Of a stretch of DNA of 64,000 nucleotides, positions 1-12,345 are shown in pieces (the first letter of the stretch is position 1; the number at the start of each line of letters is the position of its first letter). Under the pieces are notes generated by a model that ran no database searches, was not told the DNA's origin, and saw nothing but the letters and a program-made list of their open reading frames with translations. Source of the DNA: the human T2T-CHM13v2.0 reference genome, Homo sapiens; assembly GCF_009914755.1 (NCBI RefSeq), contig NC_060936.1. One strand, written 5' to 3'. The position numbers and the translations under genes were made by a program.

Positions 1-1269
1 TTGTTATGCAAAAAGTTTGGCAGCATTTTTCCTCTGCCTTAGAGACCTGTGGAACTTTGATCTTGAGAGAGATTAGGATATCTGGTGGGAGAAAGTTCTA
101 AGTGCCAAAGTGTTCAAGAGGAAGCAGAGCATAAAAGTTTGAAAAATCTGCAGCCTGATGATGCAGTAGAGAAGAAAAACCCATTTTCTGGGGAGAAGTT
201 CAAGCTAGCAGCAGACATTTGCCTAAGTAACAAGGAGCCAAATGCTAATCACCAAGACAATGAAGAAAACGTCTCCAGGGTATATCAGAGGCCTTCGTGG
301 CAGCCCCTCCCATCACAGGCCTGGAGGCCTAGGAGGGAAAAATGGTTTCCCGGACGGGGTCCGTGCCCCCTCCTGCTGTGTACAGCCTAGGGACTTGGTA
401 CCCTGCATCCCAGCCATGGCTAAAACGGGCCAAGGTATAGCTATATAGCTAGGGTCATGGCTTCAGAGAGGACAAGCCCCAAGCCTTGGCAGCTTCCACG
501 TGGTGTTGAGCCTGTGGATACACAGAAGTCAAGAATTGAGGTTTGAAAACCTCCACCTAGATTTCAGAGGATGTATGGAAATGCCTAGATGCACAGGCAC
601 AAGTTTGCTGCAGGGGAGGGGCCCTCATGGAGAATCTCTGCTAGGGCAGTGCAGCAGGGAAATGTGGGGTCAGAGCTCCACACAGAGTCCCCACTGGGGC
701 ACCATCTAGTGGAGCTATGAGAAGAGGGCCACCATCCTTCAGACTGCAGAATGGTAGATCCACCAACAGCTTGCACTGTGAACCTGGAAAAGCCACAGGC
801 ACTCAACTCCAGCCTGTGAAAGCAGCTGGGAGGAGGTTTGTACCCTGTAAAGCCACAGGGATAGAGCTGCCCAAGGCCACGGGAACCCCCCTCTTGCATC
901 AGCATGTCCTGGATTTGGGACATGTAATCAAAGGAGATCATTTTGGAACTTTAAGATTTAATGACTGCCGTATTGGATTTAGGATGTGTGTGGAGCCTGT
1001 AGTCCCTTTATTTTTTGCCAATTTCTACATTTAGAATGGGCATATTTACCCAATTTCTGCACCCCAGTTGTATCTAGGAAGGAACTAACTTGCTTTTGAT
1101 TTTACAGGCTTATAGCTGGAAGAGATTTGCCTTGTCTCAGATGAGACTTTGGATGTAGACTTTTGGGTTAATGCTGGAATGAATTAAGACTTTGAGGGAT
1201 TTTTGGGAAGGCATGATGGGTTTTAAAATGTGAAAACGACATGAAATTTGGAAGGGGCTAGGAGTGAAA
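1..1269 (+). mobile_element. THE1 (ERVL-MaLR) internal sequence, 5' part outside window
   Basis: Typical THE1/MST-int sequence (e.g. GCAGCCTGATGATGCAGTAGAGAAGAAAAACCCATTTTCTGGGGAGAA; degenerate ORF LQPDDAVEKKNPFSGEKFK). Ends in a purine tract directly before the LTR. Confidence 0.9.
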
Positions 1270-1610
1270 TGATATAGTTAGCCTTTGGTCCCCATTCAAA
1301 TCTCAAATTTTAGTTCCCATAATATGTGTTGTGGGAGGGAACTGGTGGGAGGTAATTGAATCATAGCGGGTATTCTTGTGATAGTGAATAAGTCTCACAA
1401 GGTCTGATGGTTTTATAAAGGGGAGTTCCCCTTCATATGCTCTCTTGCCTGTTGCCATGTTAGACATGGCTTTGGTCCTCCTTTGCCTTCTGCCATGATT
1501 TTGAGGCCTCTCCAGCCATGTGGAACTGTGATTCCATTAAATCTCTTTCTTTTATAAATGACCCAGTCTTGAATGTGTCTTTATGTGAAGTGTGAGAACG
1601 GACTAATACA
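1270..1610 (+). mobile_element. THE1 3' LTR (THE1B/C-like)
   Basis: TGATAT... start, ...GTGAGAACGGACTAATACA end, about 340 bp. TATAAA at 1414-1419, ATTAAA near 1535. Confidence 0.92.
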
Positions 1611-2165
1611 GAGAGTATTACCAGTTCTCATTTAGATACACACCAAAGCCATGCTGACAGGTTCATAATTTATAAGTTAAACATTAAGATGGCTGAAGTT
1701 TTACTATTCAAGAAAATTTAAAGTATGAATAATATCAAAATATATAAATACATGTGAATCATATTCATTTCAAGGTTGAAACAATCCACATACAATTTGA
1801 AGATAAAACAATTATTTTCCATGATGTTAAAAAGTACAAGTTTGTTATTGGGTCTCTAACAATTAAGATTGTGGTTTTTTAAAGTGGGGTATATATAGAT
1901 TTCTTTTGTTTTTAGTAGACTCTTCAATTTATCTTTTAGTATTAGATATTTATATTCAGAGCCTGGCTTTCGCATATTAATAACTAAGTGCTGGTCTAAT
2001 TCACTGTGGCCATTGAATATTCACATGCTTCTCAGTTTCCATTTCAGATTACACAAATACATTTAACCATCAGAAAGTTTGTCTCTGTTCCTTTAGCCCA
2101 GTATTAGGTATGCCTCATGAATTCCTGAAGTTTACTGAGGCTCTTTAGCAGTTACCCATAGATAG

Positions 2166-2166
<1 letters not shown>

Positions 2167-2215
<49 letters not shown>
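2167..2215. repeat. (CA)24 microsatellite
   Basis: Perfect CA run seen directly. Confidence 0.99.
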
Positions 2216-2217
<2 letters not shown>

Positions 2218-2274
2218 TTTATCTAAACGGGAGAGAAACAAAGGCTATCAATACTTTCAATGCTGTAAAGGGTG

Positions 2275-2475
2275 AAGGCGTCAGAAAACCAAGCTTAAAG
2301 TCTCAGCAGCACAGTTAACTTGCTTTGCAAATCATGGATAAGTCACATAACCTGTAAGAACTTCTGTTAAGTGAACTATAATTGGGGGTTATAAGAATAA
2401 TAATAATGCTTACCTTCCTTGTCTAGTGTGAGAATAATGTGAATTTATATAAAACTGTACCTGGTAGATTACAAG
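2275..2475 (+). mobile_element. MIR SINE remnant
   Basis: Degenerate MIR core (GGATAAGTCACATAACCT...ATAATAATGCTTACC...GTGTGAGAATAATGTGA). Boundaries approximate. Confidence 0.55.
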
Positions 2476-2479
2476 TTCT

Positions 2480-3650
2480 TATTAAGCACTTTCTAGGGCT
2501 GCCATAACAAAGTACCATAAACTGGGTAATTGAAAACAACAGAAATTTATTCTCTCTCCTTTGGAAACAAAATATCTGAAATCAAGGTGTCAGCTGGGCT
2601 GTGCTTTCTTGAAAGCTTCTAGGGGAATATCCTCCCTTGCCTCTTCCAGCTTCTGGTAAACCCAGGCTTTTATTGATTGTGGCAGTAAAATTTCAATTTA
2701 TGCCTGTATCTTCAAATGACATTTTCCCTGTGTTTGTGTCTTCACATGGCTGTCTTCTTATAAGATCATCTGTCATACAGGATAAAAGCTCACCCTACTC
2801 CATTGTGACCTCATCTTAACTAACTACATCTGCATTGGCCTTATTTACAAATAAGGTCACATTCTGAGATACTGGAGGTTACAGCTTCAAGGGATCTTTT
2901 TTGAGGGACACAATTGAAGTAATCACAGCCTGCCTTCCAATCCACCCCCCCCACCAAATTTAAGTCCTTCCCACGTGTAAAATACATACATATGATTCCA
3001 ACATTCCCAAATGTCTTAACCATTCCAACATCAATTCTTAAGTGCAAATTCTCTCTAAATCAATTATGGGTGAGATTTGGGGTACAGCCCATCCCAGAGC
3101 AAAATTCCTCTCCATCTGTGAATCTGTGAAACATAGAAAATAGGTCATCTATTCCCAAGATACAATGGTGGGATGGATAGGGAATAGACATACTCATTCC
3201 AAAAAGGAGAAATTGGAAGGAAAAACAAATGGTGTCACTGGTCTAAATTCACTGGTCTAAAACAAGTTCAACCTAGTGGGACAAATTCCATTAGGTTGCA
3301 AGGCTTGGCAATCATGATCTGTGGCTCAGTACCTTGTCTTCTGGGCTCATCGTGGTGGTCCAGACAGTAACTCTGCCCCCTCCACCCTGGTTGGTAGCCC
3401 TGACTGCTGGAGCCCAGGAGGTGGGCCTGCCCTCTAGACATAAGAAATTCCCTTAACCAAGACCTCTGCATCCATGAGTCTCCTCTCTCTTCATGTCATC
3501 CTGTCTCTGTTTCTTTCTATGCATTTCTGCTGATAAAATAATTTCAAAAACACTTGTCAGCCTCTTGTGCAATTCATGAAGGTCCAAGCCATCAGACAAG
3601 AGGGTCCTCTACGGTCATTTCTGTAAATCTGCATCTCTATTCCTGAATTC
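2480..3650 (-). mobile_element. MLT1 (MaLR) LTR (~2480-2927) plus adjoining internal sequence
   Basis: GGGCTGCCATAACAAAGTACCATAAACTGGGT...GGGACACAATTGAAGTAATCACA is the reverse-strand MLT1B/C LTR. It is followed by MLT1-int-like sequence (ATACAATGGTGGG...CATTCCAAAAAGGAGAAATTGG). Confidence 0.85.
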
Positions 3651-3699
3651 GAGGTTCTTTATTCTTCTCTTATGGTTTATTACATATGTATGCTTCCCT

Positions 3700-4090
3700 A
3701 TACAATATTTTATTGATATCATTTTACAAGTTACCAAATCTCACATATGGCATCTGAATTAGTCCTTTTAGAAAACCACATGCTTTATTTGTTTAATAAT
3801 ATGTTTGAAATGATATGGTTCAAACATAGAGCTTTAGCTCATTTATTTTAATTTCTGTGAATTCCATTCTATGAATATGTATACTTTAGTTACCAATTCC
3901 CCTATTGATATACATTCCTCTATTGATCTAATTTTTGACTCTTATGTACCATGCTGCTATAAACATTCCTTTGTATTTCTTCTCATGCACAACTGTGCAC
4001 ACCTAGGATTAAAATAGATGATTATAAGATATGCACAATTTTCCCAAGCAGTTTTTGAAGCATAAATGCATTCTCACTTCCTGTACTTGT
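3700..4090 (-). mobile_element. Old L1M 3' UTR fragment
   Basis: ATTCCATTCTATGAATATG...TGCTGCTATAAACATTC...ACACCTAGGA motifs of antisense L1ME/MC. Confidence 0.6.
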
Positions 4091-4188
4091 TTGGAAGCTA
4101 TTAGAATTTAGGCTTTAAGCCCATGGAGTAGCTTCAATCAGTTTTTGTTGTAAAGTTCTGCCTGTGTCCCTTTGACTACAGTGCTCTT

Positions 4189-4221
<33 letters not shown>

Positions 4222-4876
4222 GTGTGTGTGTGTATATATATATGTGTATATATATGTGTATATATGTATATATGTATATATAATGTGTATATGTATATAT
4301 GTGTATATATATGTGTATATGTATATATGTATATATGTGTATATATATGTGTATATGTATATATGTATATATGTGTATATATATGTGTATATGTATATAT
4401 GTATATATGTGTATATATGTATATATGTACATATGTATATATACATATATGTATATATGTATATATACATATATGTATATATGTATATATACATATATGT
4501 ATATATGTATATATACATATATGTATATATGTATATATACATATATGTATATATGTGTATATATGTGTATATATACATATATACGTGTATATATGTGTAT
4601 ATATACATATATACGTGTATATATGTGTATATATACATATATACGTATATATGTGTATATATGCATATATACGTATATATATGTGTATATATGCATATAT
4701 ACGTATATATATGTGTATATATGCATATATACGTATATATATGTGTATATATGCATATATACGTATATATATGTGTATATATGCATATATACGTATATAT
4801 ACATATATACGTATATATATGTGTATATATGCATATATACGTATATATATGTGTATATATATGTGTATATATATAT
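4189..4876. repeat. Compound (TC)n plus ~670-bp alternating purine-pyrimidine TA/TG/CA minisatellite
   Basis: Seen directly; successive blocks of roughly 36-, 24- and 30-bp units. Confidence 0.99.
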
Positions 4877-6595
4877 TCTCAGGTGTTGATGAGCAACAGT
4901 TTTATTTTTGAGTAAGTTTTATATTTTGAATACAGTTTGAAGGTATGGAAAGCAGGCCGGACCAGCGCTAGGCCTGTATCAGTGAGACAGACTTTCTTAT
5001 CTCCCATCTTGTGTGGAGTACTTAGAGCCCCCTCTACCATGTAGAGCATGAACTTCTGCTTCATTGACTACTTCCAGTCCCACATTCCAGCAGGCTCATT
5101 GTTTCACCATGCTGTGTTTTCCTTCTGTTTCTGGGCAATGGAGATGCTTCTTCTTCTTGTTGATATTATTATTATTATCATCATTTAGGTTAGATATTTA
5201 ATTTGTTTTTTGCTTTTCAGATGTTTCTATCACCATGTGCTTGCAGAAGAGAGTTTACATTCACATGTAAATTTACAGCAACATGTTGATTCTTTGGCTG
5301 ACTTTGGACTAAGGGTGGATAGCAAATAATCAAATCTAAAGTGCATCACAGTTCTGTATTACCTATTGCAGTTAGATATGCATTGGATTCTAATTGTGTG
5401 GGTTGCAAGAATGACATTCTTATATAATAATCAAAGAGCTTTATTTGTATTCTTACCTGGATGGAAGGCTGTGCCATCTCTCTTTCAAGATAGTTCTGCA
5501 AGTGTACTTTATAGTAGTCCAAGGACTTTAATTCAAATGCAGTTTTGGATCTAGTCAGCTATTTGACCTGAGCTTTAACAAAGCCATAGAATTCTGCACT
5601 CTAAAGCATAAAAGAGTTGACTTTGACTCAGGATATTTTATAGGTTAATGTCTCATTTCCATCGCCTCTATAATAAAGTAACTTACAAGGTTCTTATGAA
5701 ATTTATAATTTTGAGCAGTATATTAAGCATGTCAGAACGATTTTGCTACATAATATTTCCACGTATAATGAAGCTAACCTCTTGAACAAAACTTTTAGCA
5801 TTTTATATCTGAGTGTAGAACATTTGCTGAAATTGATGAATTGGTTTTGGCATAATAAATATTGAGCTGTTATTTTTGACAATAATTGGCAAATAGATTC
5901 AGTTATTTCTTGAAGTTGATTCTAAAATATACTAGTCAGAATGTGCCATAACATAGAATAAGTGACTCCCATGATGTTGAACAAAATTAAGCCCTAACTC
6001 AGTAGGTAGGACCCTGTGTTACTTATAGACTAGGCAAGTTGTCAGCAAACATGTTTTTTTTTTTTTTTGGCCACAAGTAATCTCTAGTAATTTTTGTTAG
6101 CAATAAAATATTTCACATGAGCACTTAATTAGTATATTTTCTTCTCTTTTGTGCAGCCTAACATCATAGGAGTGAAAAAACTGTCTCATATAACCCAAAA
6201 GGACGTTAACAAAGATGAATAAAATATTGCAATATTCATTTCTTACCCATACACTGAACTTAATATTGGAACAGGTTTATAAAGATGACACTGCATGTTC
6301 AATTCTGTGTATCAGTTCTTCAAATGACTTAAGTCTCTATTGGTCTTTGCTGTGATACTTGTTGGGACATCATTGGTTATCTAACTGGAAGAGGGCATTT
6401 ATTTATCTGTTAGTTCTCCAAGGATATCATCATCTCTCTTGAGAGGAATTTTTGCAAATATTCTTGTTGGATTTTTTTACTCTTTCCTTGTCACTTGATG
6501 AAATCATGCTCATCATTCAAGCCTCAACCAAAATATTTTTATGATCTCAGTCTGATTTAGTTATACTGCCTTATACAATAGTTATTACTATAGAG

Positions 6596-6802
6596 CAGCT
6601 TTTCCCAACTAGATTTTGATGAGAAAATTATTCCCTAATAACCTAAACCTTACATCTGATTTATCCATTTTATGTTGAATTAACATTTCTCTTTTGCATT
6701 ATGTTGCATAATATTTATGTAATATTAGAAGAACTAAGAAAATAGCTACTAAAACAATTTTCCATTTTTAAGGATTCAGATAATTCTAGCAGGGAAAAGC
6801 TG
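6596..6802. mobile_element. hAT-Charlie-type MITE (207 bp)
   Basis: Terminal inverted repeats CAGCTTTTCCC...GGGAAAAGCTG flanked by an 8-bp TSD, CTATAGAG (6588-6595) / CCATAGAG (6803-6810). Confidence 0.8.
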
Positions 6803-6839
6803 CCATAGAGTGTTACGTTCTTTTTTCCTTGTTATTATC

Positions 6840-6965
6840 TCTAAAAGGATTATATACTCCATGAAGGCATAGACTATATCTTGTTTCATCTTTGTACCCC
6901 TAGTGCTAGCACACTGGACTTCTGCCACATAGGAGCTGTTTGATAAATATTTGTGAATTAAATGA
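6840..6965 (+). mobile_element. L2 3' end
   Basis: CTCCATGAAGGCATAGACTATATCTTGTTTCATCTTTGTACCCCTAGTGCTAGCACA...ATAAATATTTGTGAATTAAATGA. Confidence 0.8.
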
Positions 6966-7803
6966 TAGAAAGAGGCTTTCTTCTTCTCACAAAACTTTGT
7001 TGATAGAACTATTTAAGGTGACAGGTAATCCATATCACTAGGTTCAAGGAGCTTAGATTACACATGAACTAGTGTTGATATTTGAAAGGGCCAGTCAGGT
7101 GGGGAAAGCAGAGGAAATCTGAACTGCGCTAATATTTTTTGTCAGCGCACCAATGTTATATGTATAGGTAGTAGGTCTGTTTAGGTTAAGTCAAAATTCT
7201 CTACAGCGTTATCAGCTCTCTAAAGTAAGAGGTGCTGGGATGAAGGTGCAAAAAAGAGGAGCAGCATGGCAGAAATAAGGCAGGAGATCTATGTTCCAAT
7301 AAAAAGGGCTAAAATTTAGGCAAGGATTTCAGTCCTTTGGGAACTGGAGTGAAAACCAACAGTCAAGATAGAAGTCATGCTACAAAGATAGGAGTACATT
7401 TGGGAAGGCTGTTACTCACATGATATTCTCGTATCCCAGATTACAGTGGATACAATGGGACAGAAGATAGATCAAATTCAAACATGCTAGAGGGTTTAGG
7501 ACTTCTAAAATACTAAGACTCAGTTACAGGTGTCTCATAAAGTGGTAGGTCTGATCCTCAGCTCTCAGGTCATCTTACCCATAACTAAGCGAGTCTGGGT
7601 CAACAAGGGCAATGATAGAACAAGGCCGTATGCCTGTCATTATCCAGCAGGCTAGTTTGTTTCTTCATAGCATGGTGATGACAAGGGTCCCAAGACATCC
7701 TTAAGACCTGATGAGAGAGGACAGGCTCAAATGCACAAATGGTTTCAAATATCTACTTATTTCATATTTTCATATTTCTTATTGTCTTATTCACTGATCG
7801 TAG

Positions 7804-8134
7804 TGTTATGGGCTGAATCTTTGTGTACCCCCAAAATACCCAGTGTGATGGAATTTGGAGATGGTGCCTTTGGGAGGTAATTAAGTCGTGATGGTAGCAT
7901 CTTGTTCTGATGAAATCAGTGCCCTTATGAGACAACAGAGAACTTGATCTCTCTCACTCTTTTCTTGGACAGAGGAAGGCTAAGTGAGCACACAGCAAAA
8001 GAGTCCTCAACCTCACCTGACCATGTGGCACTCAGATATCAGACTTGCAGCCTCCGGAACTGTGAAAAAACAAATTTCCATTGTTGAAGCCACCACTGTA
8101 TTTTGTTATGGCAGCCAGTGCAGACTAGCATACA
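7804..8134 (+). mobile_element. MLT1A-like solo LTR nested in an older antisense MLT1 (~7560-8240)
   Basis: TGTTATGGGCTGAAT start; CAGCCTCCGGAACTGTGA...TATTTTGTTATGGCAGCC...GACTAGCATACA end. Confidence 0.85.
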
Positions 8135-9974
8135 CAGCAGATCACATGTTCAAGCCTCAAAGTAAAGGTAAAAGGAAAATGTTAAAAGAGGAAGATACAG
8201 AGAGGGGAACCATTTGTGGCCTATTTTGTAATCAACCATAATTGTGCCACAGTCTGAATAAATATAATTCATGATGTAATAAAATCTGTGTAGGGATTAT
8301 ACATTAATGAACTATGCTTCTGATATAAAAAAATTTTTAAATGAACACTTTTAGAAAAAAAATGACCTGGATCAGATGTCCTGATGTTATTTAGCACTTC
8401 CACTTTCCACATCATGCACTTACATATTAAGTATACTTCAGGACTATTATGTGTTTACTAGTTTTGCAGCTATTGCAAATTCCCCAGATATATATATATA
8501 TATAGCCAAATGACTAAATATTTCTTTAAATCTTCCTTCACATAATCTGTTCAAAAATTAAATTTTTTATTATTTCATTGCCAATTGACCTTCAGGCAAA
8601 TTGTCAAGAAATTTATGAGGGTAACAGCTTGAATATGTGTTCCCAAGTGTCTCTTGGGTAAAATATGACTTATGGCTTTCTTGCTCCTGAAATGATTAAG
8701 TCTCAAAACCTAAAGTTGACAGCAGAGTCATTGTACAGATTGATGTTCTCAATGACTAACATTTGACAGAATTTGCTTCTGATTTATTATGGTTCTAGGT
8801 AAAAACAATTTACTTCAATTTTTAGTATTTTTACTATGTTCTTTCACTAATTGGATAAAAAATAAAATTTTGTATTGAATATATGTGCATTTTGAGTAAA
8901 CTAATATTTTAAATTGAACTTTTATTTTTTAAAGTACAATTATTTTTAGGATGCTGACATGGTTTCTGCTCTTTTCTCTTTTGATGTTAAGTAGCTCCTG
9001 ATTTTTTTTTAATTGTAGCTAACAGCAAACTATTACTCACATAAAATCTATTCAGTAATAATGGATTTTTTTAACCATTTTTTCATTCAAGCATACCAAA
9101 TGGATGTGAAGAACAATTATAAACAATTAGGTACAGCCCCCACTAACAAAGTTTAATTTCTGGAAAATAGAGAACAATAAATCGCTTTTCTTTACTCCTC
9201 AATTACTCTAAGTTATTATAATGTTTAATTTTTTAAGAATTAAAGTATGTGACATTAAAGAAGGAAACAAAATGCAAAAAATGGAGGGAGTACAGATAAT
9301 ACATAATTCCTTCCTAGAGTATTTGTATCTACTAAGTAGGTAAAGGGACATATTTTTATTTTAAGTTTCCTATATAATTTATACTTTCTACTTATGCAAA
9401 TGTTACTTAAAAATCTTTCATTAAATGCAAAAGATTTTAAGTAACATTTGCATAAGGTAGAAAGCATATTAACATAATTAATATCCAGAGGACTACCATT
9501 CAACTGAAGAACTTACTAGAATGTCACTTGAAATGAGTTTATTCCTTTCCTGTTTCATCTGCACCCTGTTCCATACAGAGACAGCTTATTTTAAACTTTA
9601 TTATATGTTTTAGCCCATTGCTCGTGTGTGTGTATGTGTTTTTTCTTATAATAGAAATATTTAATGAATCATGAATTTTTGATACTTTGAATTTATAATG
9701 GAATCTAGGATGAGATCTTGGGAGTGCAGTCTTTTTGTGAACTGCATTTTCCTTTCTAGTAAAAAGACAAAATCAGGGTTTGTGTGTGAAGAGGTTGGTC
9801 CAATGCATCATTATTGGGTAGGCCAGAGGCATATTGGAAGGGGTAACACTTAAACTGGAAAAATTTGAAAATTGAACATTAAAATATTAAAGAGATTTTT
9901 TTAAGGAGCTCTGAAACCTTGCATGCAAATGTTTATTAACAAAGCTAGTGGTATTTATAGCTTACTCCAAATTG

Positions 9975-12345
9975 GAACTTATTCCAAACTAAACATGTTA
10001 TCTTCTTTTACCTAAAACTTGTCTCAAGAAATAAATGGTTTCAGTGAGTCTTTCAGGTCAAATATCTGTCTCATTCTCAATCCCTCTCTTTTCTTCCACT
10101 AGTTTTAGCATCCACCTTCAAAGTACAGCAAGGTTCTAGTTCCTTAATTGCTCTCAAATCTTCCCTCTTGTCTTTCCACAAGGCTACTGTTTTGTCATGG
10201 CTTTTCTAGATTACTTGCAGTAGAATCTAATAGTTTGTTGCTATAACTTCTGTCTTCAACTGTCTTCTTTACCCTATCTCTTAAATGCAAACTAGCCAAA
10301 TCATTCCCTTACTCAAAAACCAGTAAGTAATTTTGAAAGGTTTAAGAAAAATGTGCTGTGTGCTTTTCTACCCTCATTTATGTCCAACTACATAGGTCAT
10401 GGTGCCATGGTGTCTCTTACTTCCAGGACATACAAATATTACAGGATCCTTGGGTGTCACTTCACAAGCCAGAAACCTCTGTGGCTGGTGGCACCTTTGC
10501 CCAAGTTTTTACTTGAGCCTGGTGGACTCGTTCCACCCACTTGCCCTGGCAGGCTGCACTTGGCTTGCTCTGCTGGCCTGAATATCACACCTGCCAAGGG
10601 TGAGCCAGGTGTGGAGCAGTGAGGGACATGTGAGTGAGCAAGTGTGGGGCTCAGCCACTGTGCAGAGCCAGGCATGCTGGCTGAGGTCACAGCCCTGGCT
10701 CAGGGAACTCCTAGGTCTGGGCTCCCTGAAGGGCCACAGCTCTTCTCTGCCTCTCTCTTCTCTCCTTCTTATTGCCTGCAACATGGCGAGGAAGGGGTGT
10801 GTTTTAGCCCTGTTTGTGTTACAGTTCTTTTAGCCCCACCATTCAGTGGGTCTGAGTTTTTGTCCTGTGTCCAGGAAGAATGAGGTATGTGGACAAATGG
10901 AGGGTGAGCAAGGTGAAGAGGAGTTTTATTGAGTGATAGAACAGCTCAGAGGAGACCTGCAGTAGGTAGCTCCTCTCTGCAGCCAGCTTGTCCCGATGAG
11001 TGTTCAGCTCTTAGCAGAGAGGATACCCTGAAATGGGTAACTCTTCTCTGCGGCTGGTAGTTCCGATGTCTGCTCAGCTCTTTTCAGAGAGGAGACTCTG
11101 GAGTGAGTAACTCTTCTACGCAGGCAGGTTGTCCCATCGTCTCTTTGAGTCTAGCTGAGTCCAGGGTTTTTATGGGCTTCAGATGGGAGGAAGTGCCTCC
11201 TGATTGGCTCATGGGCAGCCACGGGTAGGCATGGGAAAAGCACCATAATTTCCCATTCTGGTCCTTGGGGCTGGCAGCCTGGCCCCCAAGCTTTAGGCCT
11301 TCCCCAGCTTGAAGGTGGGGTTTCACCTGGAACCCATCCCTTTCTGCCCAGGAGTCTGTCTTCTGAAGCTGTTCATGATGCACAGGCTGCTTGTGCCAAG
11401 GGGTGACTGCAAGCCAGTGCTGAGCTGCCCTCAGCCCCCACTTTGCCTCCCTCCTGTGCTTGTTGATGCCCAAAGCCCAGAGGGGCTGAGGTGACAGGTG
11501 GCTGGCATGTCAGTGCTGCCCTGAGCGAACACACACCCAGCTGGGTTGCAACAGTGCCCAGGCTTGGCCTCAACTTTGCTCCAAGATCAGAACAGGCAGC
11601 AGGAGCAGAGAGAAGCCAGGCTGTGGGAGCAGGCATTTCTGAGCCTGAAGGGGCAGAGGGGCCTTCCTAGGCCCCCAAGAGTGCAGAGATGCCAGCATCC
11701 ACAGTGTGGCTTGGGTGGTTGCAGCTGCACCCAGGAAGGCAGGGCTCCTGCCTGCCTCCAGCACCCAAGAGCACAGGGATGGCCGGGTCCCCAGCCATGG
11801 CTCAGTGGCCACAGCTGCTCCCAGGGAGTGCAAGACTTCTGCCTTGCCAAGTCAGAAGGGAGTGGGACTTCCGCCTATTCCCGGCTATTTGGAGCCCCAG
11901 CCGTACCCCTCCCACTGCAGCTGGCATCATGTCAGTGGCCACTATAGAAGGGCCACCACTGCCATCATCAACTGGCATTTTTTGTTACCTATTACTACTC
12001 CCAATTTCACCCTACCTGAACTTATCCCAAGAGTTAATCTCATTCTTCAAGGCAGTTCAAACAGTTGAGTGCAACCTTAACTCTTCTTGTTATAATTTCT
12101 TGACTGTCATTATCTAGGTTAGGTTATTCTCCTCTTAGCCCCTTAGAAATCTGAACTTACCTGTCTCATGATGTTTATCATATGATGTAATTATCTACTT
12201 TATAATTACCTCCTACATTTTGTCCTTTTATAGATCAGAAACTATATCTTATGTCTTAGTCATCTTTGTATTTCCAAAGTCTGGCACAGTCTTTGGCATA
12301 AAATGAAATACCAAATAAATATTTGATGAATGAATTAATGAATGC
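9975..12345 (+). mobile_element. L2 3' region, split by the MER52 LTR
   Basis: L2-like sequence on both sides of 10437-11970, ending in AAATATTTGATGAATGAATTAATGAATG. Confidence 0.7.
10437..11970 (-). mobile_element. MER52-family (ERV1) solo LTR, ~1.5 kb, GC-rich
   Basis: Ends match the reverse-strand MER52 consensus as I recall it (TATTACAGGATCCTTGGGTGTCAC...; TCCAGGAAGAATGAGGTATG...; GGGCCACCACTGCCATCA). Accounts for the cluster of overlapping ORFs. Confidence 0.85.

Noticed and set aside
85-1034. Overlapping ORFs of 68-118 aa
   Set aside because: Frameshifted remnants of THE1 internal sequence; no intact retroviral gene.
4115-4915. Five long ORFs (144-247 aa) rich in Y/I/V/C/M/H/T on both strands
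   Set aside because: Artefact: stop codons need two adjacent purines, which an alternating purine-pyrimidine repeat lacks.
10353-12117. Dense cluster of ORFs up to 142 aa
   Set aside because: Expected from the GC-rich MER52 LTR; no recognisable protein motifs.
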